The notes beneath the pieces were generated by a model. That model was not told the DNA's origin. It worked only from the letters and a program-made list of their open reading frames with translations, and searched no databases. From Phyllosticta citribraziliensis (taxonomy: Eukaryota): a stretch of 64,000 bases of DNA. How positions within the stretch are numbered: the stretch's first letter is position 1; every line of letters begins with the position of its first letter. The DNA lies in contig NW_027117348.1 in assembly GCF_038025025.1 (NCBI RefSeq), positions 930,001 to 994,000 on the forward strand. The letters run 5' to 3'. Shown here in pieces: positions 36,706 through 50,069 of the stretch. Both the position numbers and the translations under genes were made by a program.

Positions 36706-37196
36706 GTCGACGGCGGTTGGTTGAGGAGCGATCCAGACGGCGGGCAAGCTGCAGACCCGGGAGTGTGTGTGGTGTAGCAGGAAGAGCTCCAAAGCGTCGC
36801 AACGGTCCCAGGTCGACAGCCAACGGACCAGGGCAGCGCCGCGGATCGTCCAAGCTCTACTCGGCTGAAATTCGGGCCAAATGGACGTGGGTTCACGATG
36901 CTACCCCTGTCGATGGGTTGTCTGCTGGAGGTGCGATTTTGCCATTCCCCTAGAGCAAGTGAAGAAATAAGGTGGACACAATCGCAGCATTAGTAGACTA
37001 TTATTGTCGTGGTTTCTGTCCAGGAGTCAAGTGCAGTACCTGTAGCGGAGCTGTGCTGTGCGCCCCGCGCCAAGACTGACAGCCCGACATTTTCACGTCA
37101 ACCAGAACGCGTCCACCTCCCGCTCGACTCCTCAGAAGCGTGCAAGGCCAAGCCACCCTTTTCCACGCGCATCCCATCCTCACAACTTCTTGCACC

Positions 37197-38953
37197 ATGG
37201 TATGCTCCTCCAACAAGCTTCAAGGGCTGTGCTAACCCCCATCAGTCTTCTCAAAATCCGACACAGATCTTCGCAGAGGACACACAGGAGGACAGGGGTG
37301 AGAATGCCCGTCTCTCGGCCTTTGTGGGTGCCATCGCGGTTGGCGATTTGGTCAAGAGCACCCTCGGCCCCAAGGGCATGGACAAGATATTACAATCAGC
37401 GTGCGTACGACACCTCCCGCAGCTTCAGGAGCTTGGGCTAACCCGCCAACCCCCTCAGATCCACCGGAGAGGTCATGGTAACAAATGACGGCGCCACCAT
37501 TCTCAAGTCTATTGCTCTCGACAACGCCGCTGCCAAGGTCCTCGTCAACATTTCCAAAGTACAAGACGACGAAGTGGGCGATGGCACTACCTCGGTGTCG
37601 GTGCTGGCCGCAGAGCTCTTGCGCGAGGCCGAGTTCCTCGTCAACCGGAAGATCCACCCGCAGACCATCATCGAGGGATACAGAATAGCCAGCCGCGCGG
37701 CGCTGGAGGCATTGGAGAAGACGGCCGTGGACAACAGCAAAGACCCCCAGGCGTTCCGGAGAGATCTCATCGCCATTGCCAAGACGACCCTGAGCTCCAA
37801 GGTCCTCAGCCAGGACCGCGAACACTTTGCAGAGCTGGCCGTCGACGCCGTTCTCAGGCTACAGGGCTCTAGCGACCTTACGCACATCCAGATCATCAAG
37901 AAGGCCGGTGGCAAGCTCAAGGACTCATACCTGGAGGAGGGATTCATCCTGGACAAGAAGTTTGGTGTCAACCAGCCCAAGCGCATCGAGAACGCAAAGA
38001 TTCTCATCTCCAACACGTCCATGGACACGGACAAGATTAAGATTTTTGGCGCCAGGGTCAAGGTCGACAGCACCGGCAAGCTTGCCGAGCTGGAGAAGGC
38101 GGAGAGGGAGAAGATGAAGGCCAAGGTGGACAAGATCAAGGCTCACGGCATCAACTGCTTCGTCAACAGGCAGCTCATCTACAACTGGCCCGAGCAGCTT
38201 TTTGCCGACGCCGGCATCTCGTCCATCGAGCACGCCGACTTTGACGGCGTGGAGAGACTGGCGCTCGTCACTGGCGGTGAGATTACGTCCACGTTTGACC
38301 ACCCCGAGACTGTCAAACTCGGACACTGCGATCTGATTGAGGAGGTCATTATCGGAGAGGACGCGCTCATCAGATTTGCTGGTGTTGCCGCCGGCAAGGC
38401 GTGTACGATTGTGCTCCGCGGCGCAACCGAGCAGCTCCTGGATGAGGCTGAGCGCTCGCTGCACGACGCCCTTGCAGTTCTCTCGCAGACTGTCAAGGAG
38501 CCAAGGACGACGCTTGGTGGTGGCTGTGCGGAGATGGTCATGGCAAAGGCTGTGGAGACGGCGTCTCAGAACATTGCGGGCAAGAAGGCCATTGCCGTCG
38601 ACTCGTTCGCCAAGGCCCTGCGCCAGCTTCCTACCATCCTCGCCGACAACGCTGGCTACGATTCTAGCGACCTCGTCGCCAGATTAAGGACAGCCGTGTA
38701 CTCTGGCATGACGAGCTCAGGTCTGGATCTCATGACACCAGGCGGCGGCATTGCCGACATGCGCGAGCTTGGCGTGATTGAGGCTTACAAGCTCAAGCGC
38801 GCGGTGGTGTCATCGGCGAGCGAGGCGGCCGAGGTAAGCTGACTTTGTGTGTTGAGGTCGATCAAAGAACATGGCTAACGACATTCCAAACAGATGTTGC
38901 TGAGGGTAGACAACATTATCCGCAGCGCACCCAGGAAGAGGGAACGCATGTAA
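37197..38953 (+). CDS. CCT2: Chaperonin CCT/TRiC beta subunit (4 exons; exon 1 is ATG only)
   Basis: [53 protein letters not shown], and terminal [19 protein letters not shown]. Confidence 0.96.
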
Positions 38954-40069
38954 AGGTCGCGTAGCGTAGGGCAAGCATGAAGAGAGGCTTGAGACAGCGC
39001 ATGCAAGAACAAGCAGGAGGGAGGTCTGGCTGGCGAATGTTTGCAAGCACGAAACAGCAAGACACGTCGGAGCAGCATCGGGGCATCCCTGAGCGGGTAA
39101 GAGATCGCGTGCCGCCCGGGACGCGCATGTCTGGACAGTGCGCAGGCAGAAAATAGAATAAATCGAACGCCACGGCAAATGTACACGCAAGTTTGCCAAC
39201 AGACGAAGGTTTTGTTTGAGCGCAACAAAAGGGGGTGTTGGTTGGGCTGGTGTGCAACGTGGGAAGGTCGTGAAGCCAGGGGGCAGGCAACGCGAGAACC
39301 AAGGACGGGACCCTCGACGTTTTTCCCTTTGCCACGCACACACACACAGCTCGTGTCAATCCGAGGGCAACGGCGGTCCAACAACGAGACACGGCTAAGG
39401 TGGTAGCGTCTTTGTTTGCCAGCCGGTGGTGGAGCAGGAAGCTTTTTGACGACCTGAAACGGCATGGACAAGGAAAGGGAGGAGAGCGAGGGCGACGAGG
39501 GCGAAGGCGAGGACGCGATGAGATGCAGGGCGACAGCGAGGGATGCTTGCGCCAGCCTCCCGTCTACACTACACTACAGTTGTCAGACGGGGCCGCCGAG
39601 TGTGTCAGTTCCATTGCGCTGGGGAAAAGGAGGACTGGATACTTGGAAGACGATGAGGTTCTTCGTCATGGCCCCAGCTCAAGAAGCTCACGTCGTCCAA
39701 GTCTCGTCCGCTGCGCTTCGTTGGGCGCCGTGACGGACTTGGCCTGCCCTGCCCTGACTACAGGTACACTGCACGCACCGCCCGCCGTCTCACCCTCAGC
39801 TCTGGCCCGCTCGGCTCCCTCTGCTCTCTTTCACCCACGGCACCACCCCATCCCATCCCATCACCTCACGCCCGTCCTCGACTGACCTTCGCCCACATTC
39901 TTCTCTCCCGCCCTCCGCCCTCCGCACTCCACCCTCTCGCCCCCCGCCCCGATTTTATCTACTGGCACACCCCCTCCATCTCCGTCTCTCTGATGCCTGA
40001 CGCCTGCCCCGACAGAGGCCTCCACCAGGCTTTGTCCGCTCTCGCTTTCGAATAAATCAACACCGCTTC

Positions 40070-43000
40070 ATGCCGCGACGCCGCCCGCCCGCTTCGAGCT
40101 CCGGGGCCCTGGGCTCCACTCTGCTCGCCCTCTTGCTCCTTGTTCCCTTCGTGACCTCTGTTCAGCAGCAGCAGCAAGGCCGCAATGCAGCGTTCCGCAA
40201 CTCCCCGCGCGAGGACCCGCAATGGTCCTCGTCCGCACACCTCGACGCCCTCTCCGACTCGACCACCATAATCAGAGACGCCCTCCACAAGCAAAACACC
40301 CCCTACATCTCCAAGAACGAGCGCGCCATTGCGACTCTAGCTCCAGCAGGCACCGAGTTTGCTGTACGAGCTCCTCCTGCCAGGTCTGCTGCCGGTCCCT
40401 CCGCTGGTATCTCCTCTCGACCACGTGCGCGGTCCCTGCAGGATTGGGAAGTCGAGGACTTTGTCCTTTTGGCGACCGTCGACGGCAAAGTCTATGCCCG
40501 TGACAGAAACACTGGGGAGGAGCGATGGACGCTCTTCGCCGACCGCCCCATGGTGGACATGATATACCACCAGAGAAACAAGTCTGGCGAAAAAGAAGGA
40601 GGAGAAGTTTTGGACGACGGCTTCGAATGGATTGTCGAGCCCAACCAAGACGGCAGCCTCTACGTCGCCACCCCGGCTCCAAATGTCGGCGTTCAAAAAT
40701 TGGGACTTACCATCAGGCAACTAGCCGAGGATCTGTCCCCCTACGCAAGCGAGGACCCGCCAGTGGTTTACACGGCAGAAAAGAAGACGACGCTTTACAC
40801 AATCGATGCAGCCACCGGCAACATTTTGAAACAGTTCAGTTCTGGCGGAGCGTCCGTCATTGACGAAGGCAGTTGCCGCCGGATCAGCGGACTCCGCGGA
40901 GTCGACGAGGAAGAGTGCGAATCCATCGGCATTCTGGTCCTTGGAAGAACCGAATACAAGATTGGAATCGCAAACCGAGATACGGGTGCCCCAATATGCA
41001 CCATCAAGTATTTTGAATGGGCACCAAATAACCGTGACCGGGATCTCCACAGCCAGTACTCGTCGACAATGGACAACAAGTACGTTTACAGCAAGCACGA
41101 CGGCTACGTTTACGCATTGGACCACACCAAGGACAAGGAACGACGAGTCTACCGTGGAAAATTTGACTCTCCTGTGGTTCGCGTTTTCGATGTGGTCAGA
41201 CCATTCCACGCTGACTCGCGCGACACCTCACTCGTTCTCCTGCCCCAGCCACCGGGCCCCGCGGTATTGCAAGATCTCCACCAAGACGTCTTTGTCAACT
41301 GCACCGAAAATGGTAGTTGGTATGCCATGTCCGAGAGCAGCTACCCTGCAGTCACAGACGGGGCTGCTCGAGCGCAATGCTACTCTATGAATTGGAACGA
41401 CATTGGAGTCAATTGGGTCAACCAGTCACCATCCATGAAGCCCCTGCTCGTTGGTGTTCACTCTCTTTCTGAGCAGCCAGCGAGCCCGTCGCATTTTGCT
41501 ACCATTGGAGGCACCGAAGACATGTTGCCCATTGATGCTCCTGGTGGTATGCAGACTGTTCAGCCGACGTCCATCCCCAACCCGAGGGCTCCTGTTGGCT
41601 CCACCCAAGTCTTGCCCCTTCACTGGACCGTTTTCGTCGTCATTTTGGTCTTCATTTTGGGAGCTCTGACTGGAAATGGCCACCACAAGAAACTGCTTCC
41701 TCCTTTCCAGAATCTCAACTTCAAAACTCCGTTCACGGCCCCTGCTCAGCCAAAATTGTCCAAGGCTCCGCAAATGGACGTCACAGAAACCCAGGATGAG
41801 GGTGAGCCCGTGATGCCCGTCGAGGAGCGCAAAGTTCGATTCCAGATGGCTGAAGACGAGTTCGCCGTGCCTGAAGACGATGGAGGTCTTACGGAGACCG
41901 AAAAAGAGTCAAACATGCTCAATGGAAATTCTGGAGTTCCTGCTGCCAACGGTGCCGACGGGGATGGGCAAGAAACGCCAAAGAAACGAAAGGCACACCG
42001 CGGTCAGCGTGGAGGAAGAAGGAGGAACAAGAACAAGAAGAACGCCGAGCAAACTGAAGGCGACGAGGGTGACAAGGTCATTGGGAACGTCAAGAAGTTT
42101 GGCGAGGAGATGGTGGACGGTATGGTCAACGATGAAGACCTTGCTTTGTCGTCGACAAAACAGTAAGTTCTCCTTGCTTGCACCAAGTAACGACAATCTA
42201 ACGAAAATCAGGATCCACAATCTCACGATCACGGACAATGTGCTGGGCAGTGGAAGTGGCGGCACGTTTGTGTTTGAAGGCAAATTCGAGGTAAGATGCA
42301 TCGTTGTCTTGAAAACGCTGGCGCTGACTTTGGACAGGGACGCGACGTCGCGGTCAAGCGAATGCTACCTCAATTTTACGAACTCGCAGATCAAGAAGTC
42401 AGTCTTTTAACTCAGAGCGACGATCATCCGAATGTGATTCGGTACTTTTGCAAGCAAAAAGACGAAAACTTTCTCTACATTGCAGTCGAGCTCTGCCAGG
42501 CCAGTCTCTGGGATCTTTACAGGGACGGTAGGAACGACGACGGCTGGACCGAGCAACAGACCAAGCTCGTCAACGAAATCAACATTGACGTGCCTCGGGC
42601 CCTTTACCAACTGGCGGCTGGCCTGAACCACCTGCACAGCCTGCGCATCATCCACCGAGACATTAAGCCGCAAAACATTCTCATCGCCTATCCCAAGAAG
42701 AACCAGACCAACGGCCCTCGTTTTGTGATTTCAGACTTTGGTCTTTGTAAGACACTTCCGGAAAATGTCAGCACTTTGGTCGGCACCACCAACAATGCTG
42801 GCACAGTGGGGTGGAAAGCCCCAGAACTCATTTCCAAGCCAAAGGAGTCAGAGGGTCGCATGAGTACTTCCAGTCAACGCGATTCATCAACATCCAACGA
42901 TCCTGTCGCTTCAGGAGTTAAGCGCTCTTCTGATATTTTTTCCTTGGGTTGCGTATTCTTCTACGTCCTTACCAATGGCTCCCACCCCTTTGACGACGAA

Positions 43001-43654
43001 GAAGGGTGGATGCAGATCCGGGAGCTCAACATCAAGAAGAACAAGTACAACTTTAGCAAGCTCGAGTATCTGGGCGACGACTCGGAAGAGCCAATGCACC
43101 TTATTTCGCGCATGCTCTCCAACAACCCCGTCGACCGACCGACGGCGGCTCAAGTCATGGCGCACCCGTTCTTTTGGTCGGCCGAAAAACGCCTCAGCTT
43201 CCTCTGCCAGGTCTCGGACCGTTTCGAGTTTGAGCCTCGCGACCCGCCCTCGTCGGCATTACTCAAGCTCGAGGCACACAACGTCGAAGTCATGTGCGAA
43301 GCGCCCAAGTCAACATCGTGCAACTCTGCGCACCACCAGCAATTCAACAAGTTCCCCGACTTTTTGTCAAAGCTCGACCGCAAGTTCATCGACACGCTGG
43401 GCAAGCAGCGCAAGTACAACGGCGACCGCATGCTCGACCTGCTGCGCGCGCTGCGCAACAAGAAGAACCACTACTACGACATGCCGGCCGACGTGCAGGC
43501 CAAGGTCGGCCCGCTGCCCGAGGGCTACCTGCGCTACTGGACCACCCGCTTCCCCCGCCTGCTCATGGCTTGCTACGAGGCGGTCCTCGATGCTGGCTTT
43601 GACGGCGAGCCGGGATTCCGGCCGTACTTTGAAGGCGCGGGGTCGCATAAGTGA
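40070..43654 (+). CDS. IRE1: ER-stress sensor kinase/endoribonuclease Ire1 (3 exons)
   Basis: Signal peptide, luminal domain (WEVEDFVLLATVDG), TM helix, basic KKRKAHRGQRGG, kinase (GRDVAVKRM, HRDIKPQN, SDFGLCK) and KEN domain (DLLRALRNKKNHY). Confidence 0.96.
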
Positions 43655-45327
43655 GGAGGGGAAAAGAAAAAGCCTTTTTTCGCAACGGGCGTTGTACTGT
43701 TGTAGAATTGCTATCGATCAAGTGTACGTTTGTATGTATATTGCACGGCGTTGGGATTGGCGGACGGATGGACGGACGGACTGACCAGGCTTTCCTCAAA
43801 ACAACAAAACACGAGTGAGACGAATTGTTTGGCTAGCCGGCCGGCCGGCCGGCTGGCTACTTACTGTAAGGGCGGATTTCCATCTTTCTGGGGGATTCAC
43901 AAAAGAACTGGAAGGCAGCGCACATTGTGGTATGTGTGCGGCGCTTGTATTGATATTGCTACGGGATGGGATGGGTATGGCGTGGTCACGATGACATTTT
44001 TGCGCTCGCTACAAAATCACTACTACTACTATTACTGTACGAACGACGATTTGATCGATGGGGGAGAGAGTGTGTGTACGCGAGGTAATCTACCCATGGA
44101 GGAGTGAGTGGGTGGGCGGACGGACGGACGCTCGTTTTTGGTTTGTTTGGGATGGAGACGGGATGGCTGGGTGGCTTGCTGGCGTATGTGGGACAGAAAC
44201 CGAGGAAGTATAAAGCTCTGATGATGATTCGTTCGTTCGTTCATTTATTGCGGTAATCGATATCGAGTGATTGCTTAGGTAGCTTGCCGTGAGCTCCGTG
44301 GAGTTGATGTTCGGTACCGATCGATCACAGTGCCAATCCCTCGACGAGTCTCGTGATTCAACGACTACTCCATCCATGAAGTTGCTCAATTCACCATGGC
44401 ACGTTTCACTCGCTCCGAGTGAGTCCAAGAGCGGCGCCCATCGACCCCATTTCTTAGATATCTTACCTAAAGCAATTGTCTATGAATTACATTGGTGCAG
44501 CAGGACAAGCTGGACAAGCAAGCAAGCAGATTATTGGCTAGCTACCTACCTACTCCACCCATCTATCTACCATGATGTGATCACCTACCTGAATCAATCG
44601 GGCGGCCAACAGAGATGGTCAATCCTTCGATCATTGATTGGTGTATCCGCCGCTCGTGATCCAACCACCACCTCATCTTCCATTCGCTTGAGTTTTAACG
44701 TGCCGTGCATCCCTCGCCAACCTGACGCCTCTCGTTCAATCACCTCCCATCGCAGCGAACCAAAAAAGGGGAGGGAGAGCGGAGCCATTACACCGACCCT
44801 ATTCCTTCTCGGTAGGTCTGTACCTTGACGAAAAAGCAGGGGCGAGGAAAAGAAAAAGGGGGGAAGAGAAGAGGCAAAGGAAACCGACAAACCGAACAGC
44901 ACCCGAGACCAAACAGAGCAGTCGTCTAGGCTCGAATGGAGCCATCTGTCTATTGGCGCTCAAACGGGGGACGACGAAGAGTTTGGTGGACACAGATGAT
45001 GGGGGAATGAAGGACATGTACAATCCTCCGAGGGAAAGGGGGAGAAATTCAGGGTGCAGAAGCTTTTGATTGCGCCGTCCGCTCGAGGTGGAAGGCGTGG
45101 GTGTGGGTGGCTTGTCATAATAGAGGCAGCCGACGAGACTTTTCTTGAAGCAGATGGCACCGCCAGCGGGTGGGGACTTGAGAGAGGAAACAAGAAGGGG
45201 GGCTGTGCAGAGGTTCGGGAATATCGAGGCGCGTTCTATGACAGGAGCCGTCACGCGTTGTGTTGTGTTTTGTCTTTGACCATGATCAATGTGATCTAAA
45301 TCCATGACCGGAAGAGGGTGAGGTCCA

Positions 45328-47619
45328 TTATCGCAGGGCCTACAATGTGTTAGTGTCGGTTCTTTTCGATCAGCAAAGAGAACGTACAGCGTATGCAGAA
45401 TTGTAGCCAAATTTGCCAAAGACGCCCGAAACCTCGATGCCCGTAATGCCGCTTGCTTTGGCTACATCCGAGGGGTGCGGCTGGCCAGATGCAGGATGAA
45501 TCGAGATCGGACTAGACCACATTAGCCAAAGTCAGTGGTAGATTTTGTTGAACCATACCCATTGATTTCGCGATCCAGCGTCAGAACCTCCCTCGCGGCT
45601 TCTTTGCCGCCTCGCTCAAGCAGATGCAGCATGTAGTCGTGGGCCAGGTCGCGGACAGCCTCTTGCGACAGAGTACTCTTCTGGCGAACAAGATCGTGGA
45701 CCTGCTTGATGCGCTCCAGCTGCTGCGACTCCGTTTCCTCTGTTGTCGGTTGCTGAATCTCGAACGCCAGGTAGCTGGACCAGAATTGAGCGACATCAAG
45801 GTAGGTTTGAATGTTGTCCTTGAAGATCTGACGCGCGCCGTCGACGGATTTCTTGACCTTCCACACCAGCTTGGCCACCTCGGCGCAGAACGTGCCCTTG
45901 GCATCATTGTCGCACTCGGGCGAGTCAATCTGGTCCTGGTACACCTTGATGGCAGCTTCAACTCCGTCGTGACGTTTTGCGAGATTGGCCCAAGACGTGA
46001 CCGTCTCTACATTGCCGGGAAGGCTGAAGAGTATGGCCTCGTGGATGGCATGAGCAATGTCGACATGACTAGTCATCTCTTCAAACAGAGCATACTGGAG
46101 GCGGACCGTCGGGCGTGCAATCGGAGCATAGAAGCAGCTGGCGCGCTGGTAGATGTTGCGCACCTCTTCCTCGTGGTTGGGCTGAGCCAGCATCCAACGA
46201 GCATAGCGAAGCCAAAACTCGTCGTAATACGCACAAGTGACAAGGCATCGCTCGTAAAGGAACGAGGACCGCTCAAAGCTACCCTCTGACTCTTCAAAGT
46301 CCAGGTATTTTCTCCAGTTTGCCAACTGTGGCTCGTCCAGATCCGTCACGTGGAAATAAGGACGCTTGATCTCTTGCTCATAGGTCCATCTCTTGGTAGT
46401 CTCGGTCTGAGTCTTGTAAAAGACCTCCTGGTGGTGCTGGTCGATGCGCGCGCGCAGATCACGGTCCAGCTCATGTTCCGTCTTGGAGGCAGCAAGCGGG
46501 TCCGCCTGGAGTTCGGTACGGAACTGGTTCAAGAGCTCCTCGGGAACCAGCTCGGCCACAGGTCGAGTCTGCGCAAGATGGCGGAAGCGCTCAAAGTAAC
46601 GCGCGTATTGATGCATCGGAATCGTAATGATGCGCTGGAGAATGGCGAAGATGCGCTCGACCGACTCGAGACGCTCCTCAAACTCTAGGTACTTATCCCA
46701 GAAGGGATGGGCAAGGAAATCGAGGCCCACGCAGGCGGCGCCCCTCTCGAACAGCCTATTGCAGCGGGTTAGCTTGTTTTGCGCACGCGAGCACGGGTAG
46801 AGGAGGGGGTGGGTAGGGCGCAAACAGATTCTAGGTGCATTCTCAAGGTCGGCTTTGTGGCATTGAAAGAGTGGTCCCCAAAAACTTTGAGTGCGACATC
46901 GGTGGTGGAGGATGGAAGAAGGGGGTTCAGTTCAGCTGCCCAGCGCGGCATTCCATAAAAGTAGTACAGCTAGCTCAGACAAGGAAAGCGTCTGAAGGCA
47001 TCGCGTGAGAGGTTGCGGTACGGTCTCGGGTGGCTCTGAGGTCTCACCAAGCTCCAAGCTACTCCCAGCCGGCAGGACGGACCTGTTTGCGGCGCAAAGG
47101 TCGCGGCGGTGTTTTCGTGCTGAAGTTGAGAGTTGTTACGGGGGAAGGAAAGCTGCTCCGCTGATACTTACTCTCGAATCACGTCCGAGTCGTGGTTGGT
47201 CTCGACCTTGAAGGCGCAGTAGTTGGCCCACAGGTCGACGGAGCTGGCAATGCTCGCGACGCCACGCTCATAGACCATCTCGGCCGCCTCGGTGCCCGCA
47301 ATGGAAAATTCCAGGTCGGCATACTTTTTCCAGTAGCCAAAGACCAGCGGGAACTTGGCGAGGAACCTGTCGTAGGAGGCGCGGGTTGCGGCAATGGATT
47401 GTGGGCTCGAGTTGCGGTTGAGGCCGCCCTCGAGGCTTTCGGCGGCGCGAACGAGCTTTTCCCAAGCCTCAAATTCGTCGGGGTTCTCGGCCTGGTTTCG
47501 CAAGGACAGTGAGCGTGTGTCTCGGAAGTGTGCAGAGAGAGGGCACCCACCACTTCCTGGTTGAGCTTCTTAAGCTCAGCATAGTCCTCGTCACTTCCAA
47601 GGAACGAAAGGTCGGCCAT
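45328..47619 (-). CDS. PRP39: U1 snRNP HAT-repeat protein Prp39 (multi-exon; terminal exon uncertain)
   Basis: YDRFLAKFPLVFGYWKKYADLE, LFERGAACVGLDFLAHPFWDKYLEFE, RWTYEQEIKRPYFHV and LYERCLVTCAYYDEFW. Intron 2 is 416 nt (47171-46756). Confidence 0.92.
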
Positions 47620-48085
47620 TTTGTCGGAAGCTGGAGACGGGGCTCTGGGGAGCGCTGGGCGTGTGCAGTGCGTTGGTGTAGCCGTCGCGGGGCTTGGAGG
47701 GCAGAGGAGGGCAGAGTGCCAGAGGAGGCAGCAGATGTCAACGAGGGATGATTGAATGAGGTGCCGTGGTAGACGAGAGTAGTGGCGGGACGGGAGGGGA
47801 GAGCCGGACGTTGAGGTGTGAAGGTTCCAGCGGTTGGCGGCCGACCTGCTCCCGTCTGCCCTGGGCTCCGCTGCGAGGCGCTAAGGAGTCCGTGCGTACC
47901 ACGAGCCATGGCTGGCCAACAAGAAAGTAGGTATGGGGATTATTGATTGCACAAACGAATGGCTGCATCTATTTCCGTTGACAACCAAGAAAAACCATCT
48001 TCAAAGAATGGCATGGTATATCTAGCGCCCTTTCCCCAACGCCTCCTGTATGTACAACCCGCGTCCCAATCCAGCCCTCTCCGCT

Positions 48086-49240
48086 TCAGGATGCTGTTTC
48101 TGTCTTTTGCGAGTACTTGAGCGTGTCGCTGGCCGCAAAGGAAAACGGGCTCTTGGTCATGTCCGGACTGCGCGGACTTATGGGCATTGCAAACAAGTCG
48201 TCCTCCTTTTCGTCGTCTGTTTTACTGGACGACGCCATCGGCGCAAACCCACCAGCGAATGCGTCCAGCGAAGCCATTCCAGACATCTGCTGCTGTGCGA
48301 TTGCGGCCGGCGGCGGAATCGCTGCTGCTACCCGCCGAGGTGCCTGTGGTTGTGACTGTGTCGTCGTCGGCCGTGTCTGCGTGGAGTCTACTGCGCCCAG
48401 GGCTGCCGGAGCCTCGCCCTTGAAGGCCGAAAATGACGAGACGGCAACGTCAGAGCTTTCGGGAGACAGAGGGTTTGTCGATGCCGTTGCTGCTGCCGCT
48501 GCCGCCGCCAACTCCTGCTCGCTCGTCCCTATCTTGAGCCCCTTGAGCTTTTCCATCAGCCGGCCTCCTCCGGGGGACCGCGGACTGCCCGGGCTCAGGG
48601 TGGCGAGGTTGTCGGTCTTGATCTCGCTGACGCTAGGCCGCGACGTCACGCCAAAGTTTTGCTCGATCCATTCCTTCTCCTGCATGGCCATGGCGAACCC
48701 GATGCCCTCGACGTTGTTCTGAGACTCGGTGTCAATCTCTTTTTGCAGGGCTTGCAACCGGCGCTTCGCCCAGATTGTGTGCAGCACGCCCTTCTTGCCA
48801 GCCTGCCGTGCCGATGCTCCCAGTTCGGGCGGGAAGATGGCGGGCAGCGAGTTTGTTTGCCAGGTGACGACGGGTTTCGAAGCATCCGCGGGGCGGTGGG
48901 TCAAGCGCACCGCCGGCGGCACGGCGACGCCCGGAGGCAGGAGAAAGTAGAGGCGGTTGACCTCGCTCGAGGTCTGGTCGTCAGCGGGGAGAACGGTCGA
49001 TTTGCCTTCCCAGGAAATGTGCCAGTCGCCGCGGACGTTGCGGGTGCTGTCGTCGTCCTCCCACTCGACCATGAGGATCTTGGTGCCTTCCTGGCCATGG
49101 CCGGCCTCGAACTCGAACCGGGCGATGGCGTTGGAATTGGACAGGCTCGGCGACTCGACTTCGTCCTTGGGTCCATGTCGGCCGTCGGTGGCGGACGCGG
49201 TGTCGACCGGGTCAAAGGGTCGCATGGTCGTCGTCGACAT
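48086..49240 (-). CDS. Uncharacterised fungal protein (384 aa)
   Basis: Intronless ORF with strong coding composition, globular core (ARFEFEAG...GTKILMVEWED...PAIFPPELG...KKGVLHTIWAKRRL) and TATATA about 65 nt upstream. Confidence 0.8.
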   Translation of the reverse strand: MSTTTMRPFDPVDTASATDGRHGPKDEVESPSLSNSNAIARFEFEAGHGQEGTKILMVEWEDDDSTRNVRGDWHISWEGKSTVLPADDQTSSEVNRLYFLLPPGVAVPPAVRLTHRPADASKPVVTWQTNSLPAIFPPELGASARQAGKKGVLHTIWAKRRLQALQKEIDTESQNNVEGIGFAMAMQEKEWIEQNFGVTSRPSVSEIKTDNLATLSPGSPRSPGGGRLMEKLKGLKIGTSEQELAAAAAAATASTNPLSPESSDVAVSSFSAFKGEAPAALGAVDSTQTRPTTTQSQPQAPRRVAAAIPPPAAIAQQQMSGMASLDAFAGGFAPMASSSKTDDEKEDDLFAMPISPRSPDMTKSPFSFAASDTLKYSQKTETAS

Positions 49241-50069
49241 GATGCCGGAGAATGCAGCACGCGCAAATGCAGGCCAGCGGTATGCGGGACCTTAATCTTG
49301 GGGCTATATAGCGGTCGCAGCTGGGGAGGCCAATTCGAGAGGTTCTTGTCAGGCGACGGCAGTGCCTCGACAGGCGTACGGGCTGTAAGCAGGGCGAATC
49401 ACAGATGCCATGGTCTCCTATGTGAGCTTGTCGGCCGGCGGTCCGCTCGACGTCTTGGGCTGTCGATCTAAATTTGGAACCAGTCTGACGCTTGGCACGC
49501 AGCCCGCACACAACCAAGACTGAGCTGATTTGCTTGCTTTCCATTGTTCCCGACCGCCATGCCATCTGGCCTGTTGGGCCGCGTCGTCGTCTCTCTCTAC
49601 TATACACGATGCGAGCGAAATTGCCCCCATTTCCCCCGGTCCACCAGCTGCCCTGCCTCCGTATCCCACTGCAAAGGGGGCCCAATCGGCGACCTGCCTC
49701 TGCTCCAGAAAATCCCATCCGTGCCGTCAACGTCATGATAAATCATTCGAGAAGGAAGCTCGGTGCATGATCGACGCGGTTTTCGCTCTCTCATGTCCAA
49801 AATGTCTCCAAGCCTCAAACACCGTGGTCCCTGTAGGGACATGTGCCATCTAGAACGCCAGAAAGAAGGCAAAGAAAAAGAATGATGGGGAGACGAGAAA
49901 TTACAAACGTGGGTATATAGCATGTCCGATTATGTGCAAAGAAAAAGGAAACAAGTGGTGCCGTCATCCAGGTATCAGGGGTTTCGGCCGTCTCGTCGTC
50001 GAAGCTTTGACACCAGTCTTCCGCGGAGGAGTGACGTGAGACCAGGATGACAGGAGAAGAGGAGGGCTT

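Noticed and set aside
44219..44300. TGATGA motifs as box C of a snoRNA
   Set aside because: No matching D box, terminal stem or rRNA guide could be identified.
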